Shown: positions 47,037 through 56,931 of the stretch, piece by piece
Layout of the letters: each line of letters opens with the position of its first letter
How positions within the stretch are numbered: the stretch's first letter is position 1
Assembly: GCA_035388785.1 (NCBI GenBank)
Contig: DAOOQN010000001.1
Span: 23,996 to 87,995, forward strand
DNA length: 64,000 bases
Direction of reading: 5' to 3'
Source of the DNA: a bacterium
GTDB lineage: Bacteria; Patescibacteriota; Patescibacteriia; UBA2196
Notes under the pieces: model-generated
Told to the model about the DNA's origin: nothing
What the model saw: only the letters and a program-made list of their open reading frames with translations
Databases searched by the model: none
Program-made: the position numbers and the translations under genes

Positions 47037-48443
47037 ATGCTATTAAAAACTATGAATACCACGCTAAAGCTCAAAAAAATCATCTTATTTTGCGGAGATA
47101 TTATCATCCTGTATGTTTCCTTGTGGCTGACCTTGGTTATCCGCTACCAAAAAATAAACATTAGCCAACATTGGCAGCAACACCTCATGCCTTTTTCTTT
47201 AATTTTTGTTTTGTGGCTAATCATTTTCTATATCAACAATCTTTACGATTTAAAAACCGCACGTAATAATATTACTTTTTATTCAATTTTGACTAAGAGT
47301 TTAATCTGGTGCGCTGCGGTGGCTGTGACTTTTTTCTATCTTTTTCAAGCCGGTATTGCGCCTAAAACCAATCTTTTTATTCAACTGTTGGTTTTTACTC
47401 TTTTGTTTGTCCTATGGCGACGTATATTTAATCAAATAGCTAACACAAAAATTTTATCCAGCCATGTATTAATTATTGGTTTATCATCTATATCCATAAA
47501 TTTGGCCTCAGATATTAACAACAAGCCTCAACTGGGTTTTAAGGTTCTGGCTGTTACCAACCATAACCAAGAAAAATTATTCACTGAAGACGAAAATTCC
47601 ACTCCCCTAACAGATATAGAAATAATTACCGAACCATTTAACTTGTCAGAAATTATTACAACCAAAAAAATCACCACCATCATTAACACTCTTGACCTAC
47701 GTCAAAACGAAAAAATTATGGATGAGCTTTATCAATCTCTCTCGCAAAAAATAGCTATTTTTGATTTATCAGTTTTTTTGGAAAAGTTTACCGGCAAGAT
47801 ACCGGTTAATGCTATTGGTCAAATTTGGTTTTTGGAAAATTTAAAAGAAGAAAATAAATCAATTTATGAAAGCAGTAAAAGAATTTTTGATATACTAATT
47901 TCTTTTGTAGCTTTGATTATTTCATTGCCATTTATGCCCTTGCTATATGCCATTGTAAAAGCCAATAGCCACGGACCTTTTTTGTTTAAACAAATTCGCA
48001 CTGGTAAAGACGGCAAAAAATTCTTAGCTATAAAAATTCGCACTATGCACAAAAATGCTGAAACTTTTGGGCCACAATGGGCAACTAAAAACGATCCACG
48101 CGTTACCAGAAGCGGTAGATTTCTTAGAAAAACAAGGATTGATGAAATTCCTCAACTCATTAATGTATTGCGTGGTGAAATGAGTTTTATTGGACCCCGA
48201 CCCGAACGACCAGAATTTGTTGAACAATTGACACAAAAAATTCCTTTTTACAATCAACGCCATTTAATCAAACCCGGACTGACCGGCTGGGCGCAGATCA
48301 ATTTTCCTTATGGCGCGTCTGAAGCCGATGCATTAGAAAAATTACAGTATGATCTTTATTATATAAAAAACCGTTCATTTGCGCTTGATTTATCAATTCT
48401 TTTAAAAACCATCAAAACAGTCCTTTCTGGTGGTGGAAGATAA
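47037..48443 (+). CDS. Second polyprenyl-phosphate sugar phosphotransferase (WbaP/EPS-type)
   Basis: 468 aa; N-terminal TM bundle; C-terminal sugar-transferase domain (PFLFKQIRTGKDGKKF...DEIPQLINVLRGEMSFIGPRP). Confidence 0.85.
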   Translation: MLLKTMNTTLKLKKIILFCGDIIILYVSLWLTLVIRYQKINISQHWQQHLMPFSLIFVLWLIIFYINNLYDLKTARNNITFYSILTKSLIWCAAVAVTFFYLFQAGIAPKTNLFIQLLVFTLLFVLWRRIFNQIANTKILSSHVLIIGLSSISINLASDINNKPQLGFKVLAVTNHNQEKLFTEDENSTPLTDIEIITEPFNLSEIITTKKITTIINTLDLRQNEKIMDELYQSLSQKIAIFDLSVFLEKFTGKIPVNAIGQIWFLENLKEENKSIYESSKRIFDILISFVALIISLPFMPLLYAIVKANSHGPFLFKQIRTGKDGKKFLAIKIRTMHKNAETFGPQWATKNDPRVTRSGRFLRKTRIDEIPQLINVLRGEMSFIGPRPERPEFVEQLTQKIPFYNQRHLIKPGLTGWAQINFPYGASEADALEKLQYDLYYIKNRSFALDLSILLKTIKTVLSGGGR

Positions 48444-48460
48444 AAATAAAAAACACAAAA

Positions 48461-48494
48461 AACTGTTGTTTAAATACTAGACAACGGTTTTTTA
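48461..48494. terminator. Bidirectional terminator (CTGTTGT...ACAACGG + T-run) between convergent genes
   Basis: Hairpin followed by TTTTTT on the plus strand, with a T-rich tract on the opposite side. Confidence 0.45.
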
Positions 48495-50363
48495 ATTGCT
48501 AATTTTATAGATTCTAATTTCAGGAGAAATATTTTTTTCATAAATCAACTCTTTATTACCATAAAACTTCATAATATTAGAAGCTGACTGAAAGGTTGTA
48601 TCATAAATATTTCCAAAATAAGGTATTACAACGTATTTAACCTGGTACTGTTTTATCAACACTTCAAATTTTTCTTTTGTCTCTGGAAAAATAACCACCT
48701 TAGTTTGAGGTAAAAAATAATTCACAAAATTTGGATGTCGCGAAGCAATCATAATTGTGTCAGAAGTATTAATATTTCTAAAATATCCAGCTACCTCGCG
48801 TGCCATTAACATTGAATTGGGATGAGCGGGCTCTTTACCCACTGCGTTTTTAATTCCGCCCATCAGACTAAAGGTCAAACTACCCAGCATAAAAAAAATA
48901 ATGATTTGTCGCCAAGAACTATTTTTTGCTTTATCCATCACATACCAAAAACCCAACCCAGCAAAAAAAATAAAAATTGGATTCACTGCATAAAGATAAC
49001 GTGGCAGGGGTTTAAAAAAAGAAAAAAAGACATAATTAAGCGTTACATAAACAAACAAAAATAAAAACTTACGGCCATATTTACGAGCTCCAAAAATTAG
49101 ACCCAGACAAGAAAAAACAAAAATAAATACATCACCCGCAATTTGCATTGGCGTTTTTCTTAACAAAGTCAAAAAGTTAGCCACCCAATTTTTTATTATT
49201 TTTATGCTATTCACGCCAACCAAAGTTAAGAAACCTTGACTGGCAATGGCTTCTGTTTGATTAGTATTTTGATAGGTCGTCAGCCAGGTTGTGGCTGATT
49301 CGCTGGTGTGCAGTGGATTACCAAAAACAAAATAATTCCGCGCTAACCACGGCGAAACCACCACCAAAGCCGCTATACCCAAAAGCACCACAGCCTGCCA
49401 TATTTTTTTAGAATTAAAATTATGATCTCTTATAGCCAAAAAATAAATCAGCGCTATTGGTAATAATAAAACCACAGCTTGAAAGCGTGTCAAATAAGCT
49501 AATCCCAAACTAATGCCAGCCAAAATATAATGACGTGGTCTTGGACTGGCAGTTAAGAAAATAAAAAACAACAATGTAAAAAAAATAAAAGGCATTTCAG
49601 TCAAAATTTGTGTACTCCAACCAATAATTACATTATTGACTGTCAAAAAAATAGCCGCCACTACAGCCACTCTTTTACTTTTAGTTAACTGCCAAGTTAA
49701 AATAAAAATCAAAACCGGCAACAAACTAGAAAATAAAATGTTTACTAATCCAGCCTGTATAAAACCAGTACCAAAAACTTTGAAAACCACAAACAATAAA
49801 CTTGGAAACAATGGTGGAAAAAGAGCCACTGGATAAGGCACACTGTTGGTGAGGGCTGGATTATAAACTAAATGGCTAAAAAAGCCCTCATGTTTTAGCA
49901 AACTGATCGCCACATCAATATACTCAGCCCCATCATGTGCCAAAGTATATTCCGAAGTACAGAATAATAAAATAATTTTACCAGCCACATTAATAAGCAA
50001 CAACCCAACCAAAAACCATCTGATCCTTGAATTTATAACCCCTTGCCATAAAAATTTAAAACCTTTTAATAGACGATTATTTAAAGCGGAAAATTTAAAT
50101 AAAAAAGCAGCTATAATTAGTAATATTCCCCATACGGCAAAAAATATTTTTAAAGGGTCAAAATAAAGCTGGTTTATTTTTTCCAAACCAACCAAACTAA
50201 CCACGTGGCCTTGAATTAAATTAATTACACCAGTTAATTTAAAAGCATCCAAAAAAATATACACTCCGGCGCTAATTAATAAAAAAAATAAACCCACATA
50301 AAAAACTATTTTTGGACGGCCAGCTAAAAAATTATGCTTAATAGTTGTAATATTAAATCGCAT
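48492..50363 (-). CDS. GT-C glycosyltransferase, PMT_2/ArnT-like
   Basis: 623 aa, polytopic. First loop motif HDGAEYIDVAISL resembles the DE...Y motif of PMT/ArnT. Overlaps the upstream gene by 11 bp. Confidence 0.6.
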   Translation of the reverse strand: MRFNITTIKHNFLAGRPKIVFYVGLFFLLISAGVYIFLDAFKLTGVINLIQGHVVSLVGLEKINQLYFDPLKIFFAVWGILLIIAAFLFKFSALNNRLLKGFKFLWQGVINSRIRWFLVGLLLINVAGKIILLFCTSEYTLAHDGAEYIDVAISLLKHEGFFSHLVYNPALTNSVPYPVALFPPLFPSLLFVVFKVFGTGFIQAGLVNILFSSLLPVLIFILTWQLTKSKRVAVVAAIFLTVNNVIIGWSTQILTEMPFIFFTLLFFIFLTASPRPRHYILAGISLGLAYLTRFQAVVLLLPIALIYFLAIRDHNFNSKKIWQAVVLLGIAALVVVSPWLARNYFVFGNPLHTSESATTWLTTYQNTNQTEAIASQGFLTLVGVNSIKIIKNWVANFLTLLRKTPMQIAGDVFIFVFSCLGLIFGARKYGRKFLFLFVYVTLNYVFFSFFKPLPRYLYAVNPIFIFFAGLGFWYVMDKAKNSSWRQIIIFFMLGSLTFSLMGGIKNAVGKEPAHPNSMLMAREVAGYFRNINTSDTIMIASRHPNFVNYFLPQTKVVIFPETKEKFEVLIKQYQVKYVVIPYFGNIYDTTFQSASNIMKFYGNKELIYEKNISPEIRIYKISN

Positions 50364-51303
50364 ACTTTTTTATCTTATGAATCAAAAAAACCAAACCCAA
50401 CAAAATCAATTCCGTCACTGTAAACCACAGTCTAGAAAGTAAAGATAGAAAAACAGCCATACCAGCAAAAAAATAAAACTTCAAAATCAAAGCCATTGTC
50501 CCCTCTTTAACTCCCAAACCACTGGGTAAAAAAATCATTATGACTCCCAAACCAACCGATAATAGATAAGCGCCCATAATGCCCGGTAAAAAATTCCAGT
50601 TCATTTTCCCCACTGCCATAACAAAAAAGAAAAAACCAACCGCCTGTAAAAGATAACAAACTCCATAACTCAACCAGGCTTTTAACATCTGTGAATATTT
50701 TAAAAAATGTTTGACATCCACAACCTCTCTTTTCATTTTTTTCAAAATTAAATTCAACATTGGGTAAAAAAAACGTGGATGCATAATAATCAAACCAAAA
50801 ATTCCAGCCCCACCAGCCAAGACAAAAGCCAAGGAAGAAAAATTTCCGACCGACAAAAACACAAACACAACACCCAAACTAAGCACGGCCGCGGCTGAAA
50901 GGCCCACATCTAAAATAGAAGCCGCTAAAAGATTTTGACTAGAAAAACCATATGGTCGACCTAATAAAACTCGCACCAAAACACTCCACACACTACCTGG
51001 TATATAGCGACTGAATTCAGCATAAACATAAATTTTAATAGTACTCCAAACATTTATTTGCGACGTCTTTTCCATATCATACAAAATTTTACGCCACACC
51101 AAACTCATACCAATTAAACCTAAAATAAGAAAAATAAAAGACACCAAAAGATAAAAATAATTAAAAGTAAAAGGATAATCTTTAACTTGTTGCCAATTGT
51201 TAACCAACACACGCCCCAAAAAAAAGATAATCAAAATTATCACCAGATACCAAAAACTTTTTTGTATTTTTTGTGATACCATCTTCATATATGAGCTAAT
51301 CAA
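50353..51303 (-). CDS. Flippase-like membrane protein (UPF0104 / LPG-synthase-TM family)
   Basis: 316 aa with about 8 TM helices, of the kind usually found with polyprenyl-P GT2 enzymes. Translationally coupled on both sides. Confidence 0.45.
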   Translation of the reverse strand: MISSYMKMVSQKIQKSFWYLVIILIIFFLGRVLVNNWQQVKDYPFTFNYFYLLVSFIFLILGLIGMSLVWRKILYDMEKTSQINVWSTIKIYVYAEFSRYIPGSVWSVLVRVLLGRPYGFSSQNLLAASILDVGLSAAAVLSLGVVFVFLSVGNFSSLAFVLAGGAGIFGLIIMHPRFFYPMLNLILKKMKREVVDVKHFLKYSQMLKAWLSYGVCYLLQAVGFFFFVMAVGKMNWNFLPGIMGAYLLSVGLGVIMIFLPSGLGVKEGTMALILKFYFFAGMAVFLSLLSRLWFTVTELILLGLVFLIHKIKKYAI

Positions 51304-53324
51304 AATTTATACAGTTTGGGCAAACTATTAATTTTAAGCATGGTTTGACGAAAATCAATACCAATCGTGTCACAATACCACTGAATGGCTTCCTGACGTG
51401 GATGATTATCTTCTCGTGCGCGTCTTAGGGCCTCTTCTCTTGATAATACTCCCTCTCTAATTTGATTACTACGTAAAGTATCGTTTTCAGTAAATCCCAC
51501 GCTCATAAAATAAATATAATTATAAAAAGACGCTGTCCCGTCACCAATCCGCCAAGTACTTTTACTATGTGGAGCTGTCTCCCATTCATACTCATTAATT
51601 AAAGTTGATTCTATCTCTTGTTCATTCCAACGTAAATATTCAAACAAAAAAAGATAATTATGCGGAATTAAATAATACATGGCATAAGCCGACAAAGTAT
51701 CCGCTATAGAACTGTTAAAAAAAGCCGGATTAGTTACAAAATGTCGCATATAATACCAAGCCTGCTTAACTTGTTTTAACCCAGACAAACCATAAATCTG
51801 ACGATTAACATTACTATATGCCGGTGCCACACCACAAAAACCAGATTTAAAATATGTTTTTTCCAATGGATTTTGACACATCACCGCCAAGCCAACACCC
51901 ATCTGTTTTTTGACCTGATTAGCAAAATAGAAAAACTGTTTATCACCAGCCATAAAAAGTGGTACTGTTCCCAAATCAGGTTTTTTAAGCCAAGCCACAA
52001 CATTTTTTTTAATATTAGAACGTTTTCTGCGAATATCAGCTGAAACTAAAATGTGTTCAATACCCAATTTGCCTGTCATGCGCGCTTGATTACGTCTTCC
52101 CAAATCCGTCAGCATACCCCAATCATAGGAATATGCCACTGGATGCATATCTAAAACCTTTTTTAGATAATGCAAACCATAGCTGGAATCGCGCCCACCG
52201 CTAAAAGCCACCACACAATCTACCGCACCGTTTTTGTTGCGATAAGGCGCTAAAAAATTTTTTAATTCTTCAGTACTCTTAGTTTTTATTGGCTGATAAT
52301 TATGACAATAATTACAAACTCCTGTTTCGTCAAACTCAATAAACGGAAAGGTTTCGGGTAGTATACAACGTGTACAGCGTTTAAGATTAAGTAAGGCTTT
52401 TTCTGTATTAGCAATATGTTTATTCAACTCTTCATCCGGGCTAAAAAAAACTGGAGCAAAAACTTCTGTCTTCGGGACACTTGGAGAGTAATCAATTATT
52501 TTTTTATTTGTAACAAAAAAATTATTATCTACTGCCTCTTGTTGATCAGTTTGATCTAAAGAAAATTCTATACATTTAAAATTATCAAAATTTATCAACA
52601 TTCCGCACCGAGCTTCTAATTGCGTAATTTTAAATTCACCACAATGCTTTATAAATTCATTTCGCTTTAATAATTGTTCCAAAATATATTTTTCCGAAGC
52701 AAAAATAAAAATATCTTTTTGTTCATCCAGTGACTGCAAAAAATAAAGCGAACCGTTGTTGGTCGCTAATAAAAGATTATTACTTTGACTAAAAGCAAGC
52801 GCAATTGAGGCTGTGCCTTTTAAAAGTTGATAAGTTTTTTTAACCGCAGTAAGAACACTTTGATTTTGATCTAAAAAATTTTTAATCAAACTTAAAATTA
52901 TCTCCGTATCAACTTCGTATGTCCTGCGTAAATTTGGAAACCGCTTCCACAACTCACTATCATTAGTTACAATGCCGTTGTGCACTGCCACCAAACCATC
53001 TTTATTCACCGGTTGATTGTTGTTAACTTCTGCCTCTGTGCCATTGGTCACCAAACGTGCGTGTCCTATGGCTACCAAAGGAAAACAACCGTCTGTATTT
53101 AAATTATTTTTTAAAAATTCTTGGTAACTTGGTTGCTTTATCATTGCCGAAGCCGACAGTGGTTGTTTATAAATAGTAATACTATTCTGTAAAACACACG
53201 CCAAACCAGCTGCCTCTTTACCACGCGATTCTGAAAGTTTAAAAAGCTCTTTTAATAAATTCTGATAATTAGCTGGTTCATTAGCAATTTTTTTATCAAC
53301 TACAAAACCAAAAATTCCACACAT
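51300..53324 (-). CDS. Fusion protein: class-II (Ntn) glutamine amidotransferase domain + N-acetyl-sugar amidotransferase (WbuX/PseA-like, PP-loop)
   Basis: 674 aa. MCGIFGF places the catalytic Cys2 of an AsnB-type GATase at the N-terminus. The C-terminal half has the zinc ribbon CTRCILPETFP...GVCNYC and the PP-loop VAFSGGRDSSY, typical of the TIGR03573 acetamidino-sugar amidotransferases. Confidence 0.65.
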   Translation of the reverse strand: MCGIFGFVVDKKIANEPANYQNLLKELFKLSESRGKEAAGLACVLQNSITIYKQPLSASAMIKQPSYQEFLKNNLNTDGCFPLVAIGHARLVTNGTEAEVNNNQPVNKDGLVAVHNGIVTNDSELWKRFPNLRRTYEVDTEIILSLIKNFLDQNQSVLTAVKKTYQLLKGTASIALAFSQSNNLLLATNNGSLYFLQSLDEQKDIFIFASEKYILEQLLKRNEFIKHCGEFKITQLEARCGMLINFDNFKCIEFSLDQTDQQEAVDNNFFVTNKKIIDYSPSVPKTEVFAPVFFSPDEELNKHIANTEKALLNLKRCTRCILPETFPFIEFDETGVCNYCHNYQPIKTKSTEELKNFLAPYRNKNGAVDCVVAFSGGRDSSYGLHYLKKVLDMHPVAYSYDWGMLTDLGRRNQARMTGKLGIEHILVSADIRRKRSNIKKNVVAWLKKPDLGTVPLFMAGDKQFFYFANQVKKQMGVGLAVMCQNPLEKTYFKSGFCGVAPAYSNVNRQIYGLSGLKQVKQAWYYMRHFVTNPAFFNSSIADTLSAYAMYYLIPHNYLFLFEYLRWNEQEIESTLINEYEWETAPHSKSTWRIGDGTASFYNYIYFMSVGFTENDTLRSNQIREGVLSREEALRRAREDNHPRQEAIQWYCDTIGIDFRQTMLKINSLPKLYKF

Positions 53325-53330
53325 AAAAAA

Positions 53331-54104
53331 TTAATTAAACTGGGCAATTATATTAATATTCCAGCTTATTTTTTTTAAAAACTTAGCCACGTATTTATCT
53401 AAAAATTTATCCATCCCAACCGCCAAGCGGCTCATTGGCACAGCAATAAACTGCGGTTTAATAATGACCTGCGCAAAAGGTGGGGAAAAAAAACCTTGAT
53501 AGGTAATTTTTTTTATTTTCAAATTATATTTAGTCAATAGTTCTCTTAATTCATTTTCAGAAAAAAACTTCTGATCACGAGAATAATTTTTATCCACCAA
53601 TGTCCTTAAAAAACGCAACCCTTGTAATAAAAAGTTACTCCGATATGGTTCACTAATTATCAGATAATCACCGCTTTTAGTTATTTTTTTTAATGTTACA
53701 AAAACCTCATCCAAAGCTGTCATGTGGTGCAAAGCACCAATAGACAACACAGTATCGATGGTTTGATAAATATTTTGCTGTTGAGCAATTTCTTTTACGT
53801 TGATACATTTAAATTCAGCCTTTAAATTACCACGGTTATATTCTCTGGCTTTTTCAATCAAAATTTCTGACTGGTCAATACCTACATATTTTTCATAATA
53901 ACCATCAAGATATTTGGCTGGTGCGCCAATACCACATCCAATTTCTAATACATTTCCCAAAGTTACTTTATAATTCAAACATAAATGTAATAAATACTGC
54001 ACCCAATAACGACGTGCAATTTGTGATGATTGCGTTATATCCTTTATCGCATATTTGTCAGCAATACGATTAAATAAAAGACGGTCAGTGTTTTCTTGAT
54101 CCAT
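53331..54104 (-). CDS. Class I SAM-dependent methyltransferase
   Basis: 257 aa; motif I VLEIGCGIGAPA. Confidence 0.7.
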   Translation of the reverse strand: MDQENTDRLLFNRIADKYAIKDITQSSQIARRYWVQYLLHLCLNYKVTLGNVLEIGCGIGAPAKYLDGYYEKYVGIDQSEILIEKAREYNRGNLKAEFKCINVKEIAQQQNIYQTIDTVLSIGALHHMTALDEVFVTLKKITKSGDYLIISEPYRSNFLLQGLRFLRTLVDKNYSRDQKFFSENELRELLTKYNLKIKKITYQGFFSPPFAQVIIKPQFIAVPMSRLAVGMDKFLDKYVAKFLKKISWNINIIAQFN

Positions 54105-54115
54105 AAAAATAAAAA

Positions 54116-54985
54116 TTAGGCGTCAGTTTCTCTACGCAAAGCTGCAATTTGATCAGCCAAAAGACCAAAAAAGAAAATTAACAAACCCGTTACCAATAAC
54201 AAAACCGTGGTATCAGTCAAATTCAAAAGTATAACATCATACACAAAAGAAACGAGAAATAAACACAATAATAAAAAACTCACCGGTACAAAAACCCTTA
54301 ACGGTGAAAATAACATTACCAATCGTACCATTAACATAATTGTCTTAAAACCATCTTTTAAGCTAACTGCGCTTTTACCATTTTGACGCGGATTAATTTC
54401 AATTGGCACAAATTTTACATTTTGGCCATCTTTAAGAAAAGCCATAGTAGAGGTGCTGGACAAAGAATAACCATTGGGAAAAAGATGTAAATATTTTTGC
54501 ATTAAATCTTTTCTAGCCAAACGCAAACCGGAATTTAAGTCAGGAATTTTTGCTTGTACCAAATATTCAGCTAACCAGTGTAATATTTTTTTGCCTGGCT
54601 GACGCAACCATGGGCCCTTATAGCCATTAGTCCGCGCACCAATAATTAGATCATAGTTTGGAATCTCCGCAATTAAATCGTCTAAACTACTAAAACGATG
54701 TTGACCATCACCATCAAAGGTCAAAATCCACTCACTCATAGACGCTCGCACACCCGTTTTTATAGCTGCCCCATAACCCTTGTTGTATGGATGCGAAATA
54801 ATTTTAATTTTTTCACCAAATTCTTGCAATTTTTCTAAGGTTCCATCTGTAGAACCATCATTAATCACCATTACATCCACCTTCCAACTTTTTGTACTTA
54901 AATAACCCAAAAGAGCCCTCAATGTGGCGGTAATGGCTTTCTCTTCATTAAAAACTGGTATGATAATAGAAAGTGTTGTCAGCAT
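54116..54985 (-). CDS. Polyprenyl-phosphate glycosyltransferase GT2 with C-terminal TM helices (GtrB/ArnC-like)
   Basis: 289 aa; SIIIPVFNEEKAI...VMVINDGSTDGT, plus two C-terminal TM helices. Confidence 0.8.
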   Translation of the reverse strand: MLTTLSIIIPVFNEEKAITATLRALLGYLSTKSWKVDVMVINDGSTDGTLEKLQEFGEKIKIISHPYNKGYGAAIKTGVRASMSEWILTFDGDGQHRFSSLDDLIAEIPNYDLIIGARTNGYKGPWLRQPGKKILHWLAEYLVQAKIPDLNSGLRLARKDLMQKYLHLFPNGYSLSSTSTMAFLKDGQNVKFVPIEINPRQNGKSAVSLKDGFKTIMLMVRLVMLFSPLRVFVPVSFLLLCLFLVSFVYDVILLNLTDTTVLLLVTGLLIFFFGLLADQIAALRRETDA

Positions 54986-55097
54986 ATAATAACTTATTTA
55001 TAACACAAAAAACGGATAAAAGTAAAATGGACAAAAAGACTTAATTTATGATATGATAAAATAAATATATTAATTAAATTAAATATAAAAAATAATT

Positions 55098-56000
55098 ATG
55101 AAAATCCTTATCACTGGTAATCTGGGTTTTATTGCTTCCCATCTGCACAAAAGGATGAGTGAATTGGGACATGAAGTTGTAGGCATAGACAACGCCAGCC
55201 ACCCCTGTGGTCAAGTAGTCCCCTACCAATATGCTGACGTACGTTACTATCAAAGTGTTTATAAATTTATTGAGTGGTCTGATTTTGTTTTTCATCTAGC
55301 CGCCCAGATAAACGTTGATAAATCCATCGACCAATCACAGGAAACCATTGAGACAAACATTGTCGGTACGGCCAACATACTAGATGCGGTCACCAAGTTT
55401 AATAAAAAAATGATTTATGCTTCCTCCTCAGAAATTTACGGCTCATCTCTCAGTGAAATTATGGACGAAGATCATGCTTTGAATCCACAATCACCTTATG
55501 GTGCGTCAAAAGCTGGAGCTGACCGATTATGCAAAGCATATTTTACTACTTATAACACAAAGGTTATTATTCAAAGAAATTTTAACGTTTTTGGCGAATA
55601 TCAAAATAGTGACCTTTATGGAGCAGTCATACCAAAATTTATTAGTCATGCCCTAAAAAATGAACCACTTGAGATTTATGGCGATGGAACTCAAGAACGT
55701 GATTTTATGCATATTCAAGATGCCATTCAAGCTTATCAGTTTTCTTTTAACCATGAGCCGTGGGGTGAGGAAATAAATTTTGGCACCGGACACACAGTTA
55801 GCATCAACCAGCTAGCTGAAATGATTATTAAAATTACCAATTCAAAATCAACCATAATTCATACCAATGCACGTCCAGGAGAAATTAAAAGACTTTGTGC
55901 CGGTATTGAAAAAGCTAAAAAACTTGGCTTCTCACCACAAACTGATTTTGAGCGCGATTTAACTAGTTATATAAATTGGTATAAAAAATTTATTTTTTAA
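55098..56000 (+). CDS. NAD-dependent sugar-nucleotide epimerase/dehydratase (SDR)
   Basis: 300 aa; ILITGNLGFIASHL Rossmann motif; YGASK catalytic motif. Confidence 0.75.
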   Translation: MKILITGNLGFIASHLHKRMSELGHEVVGIDNASHPCGQVVPYQYADVRYYQSVYKFIEWSDFVFHLAAQINVDKSIDQSQETIETNIVGTANILDAVTKFNKKMIYASSSEIYGSSLSEIMDEDHALNPQSPYGASKAGADRLCKAYFTTYNTKVIIQRNFNVFGEYQNSDLYGAVIPKFISHALKNEPLEIYGDGTQERDFMHIQDAIQAYQFSFNHEPWGEEINFGTGHTVSINQLAEMIIKITNSKSTIIHTNARPGEIKRLCAGIEKAKKLGFSPQTDFERDLTSYINWYKKFIF

Positions 56001-56010
56001 AAATAGATTT

Positions 56011-56931
56011 ATGAAAAAAAATGCTTTAATCACAGGCATTAATGGTTTCACTGGCCACTATTTAGCGCCTTTATTAATCAAAAAAAGTTATAAAATCATT
56101 GGTTTAGGAAAAGAAAAAAAATCCAACCATAATTCAATCTACTATCAATCTGATTTACAAAATACAAACAAACTTCTTCAAATTCTTAAAAAACATAAAC
56201 CAAATCAAATTTACCATTTGGCCGGAATTTTTCGCGGCCATAATGAACAAGACTTTGTTAAAAATAATTTTTTAACAACCTTAAATCTATTAGCAACGAT
56301 TAATCAAATTAAAGGATATAAACCACACATCTTACTTGTTGGTAGTTTTGCAGAATATGGCAATTTATCAAAAAAACAAATTACTGAACAAGACTCAGGT
56401 GAAATTGCGAACTTTTATGGACTTTCAAAAAAAATGCAAACCGAATTAGGCATCTTCTTTGCAAAAACTTATAATTTAAAAATTAACATTGTCAGACCAT
56501 CAACTTTAATTGGACCTGGTGCGCCAAATGTTATGTTAACCGGCAATCTTATACAACAAATTAAACAAGGCATCACAAAAATAAAAATAAACAATATGGA
56601 CGTAACTCGGGACTCACTTGATATACGTGATGCGGTTCATCTTTACTGGCTAATAAACACTAGCCACTTAAAAGGTGAGGTAATTAACGCCTGTTTCGGC
56701 AAACCACTCACCAACCGCCACCTAGCTTTAGAAATTAAAAAAAGAGTTGAACAAAAAATCGAAAAAATAATTACTTTTGATGAAAACAAAAAAAACTTTT
56801 CGCCAATCAAAATCAGTGTTGGTTCAAATAAAAAAGCCAAAAAAATATTTAATTGGCAACCAAGGATTAGTTTTACCGAATCAATAAATTTTATATTTGA
56901 ACAAGAACTGAATTTATGCGACAAAAAATAA
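56011..56931 (+). CDS. NAD(P)-dependent epimerase/reductase (SDR; GDP-deoxy-mannose/dTDP-dehydrorhamnose reductase-like)
   Basis: 306 aa; ALITGINGFTGHYL; YGLSK. Confidence 0.7.
   Translation: MKKNALITGINGFTGHYLAPLLIKKSYKIIGLGKEKKSNHNSIYYQSDLQNTNKLLQILKKHKPNQIYHLAGIFRGHNEQDFVKNNFLTTLNLLATINQIKGYKPHILLVGSFAEYGNLSKKQITEQDSGEIANFYGLSKKMQTELGIFFAKTYNLKINIVRPSTLIGPGAPNVMLTGNLIQQIKQGITKIKINNMDVTRDSLDIRDAVHLYWLINTSHLKGEVINACFGKPLTNRHLALEIKKRVEQKIEKIITFDENKKNFSPIKISVGSNKKAKKIFNWQPRISFTESINFIFEQELNLCDKK

Noticed and set aside
55074-55295. 73-aa minus-strand ORF
   Set aside because: Overlaps the N-terminus of the well-supported plus-strand epimerase gene (55098-56000); no supporting signals.
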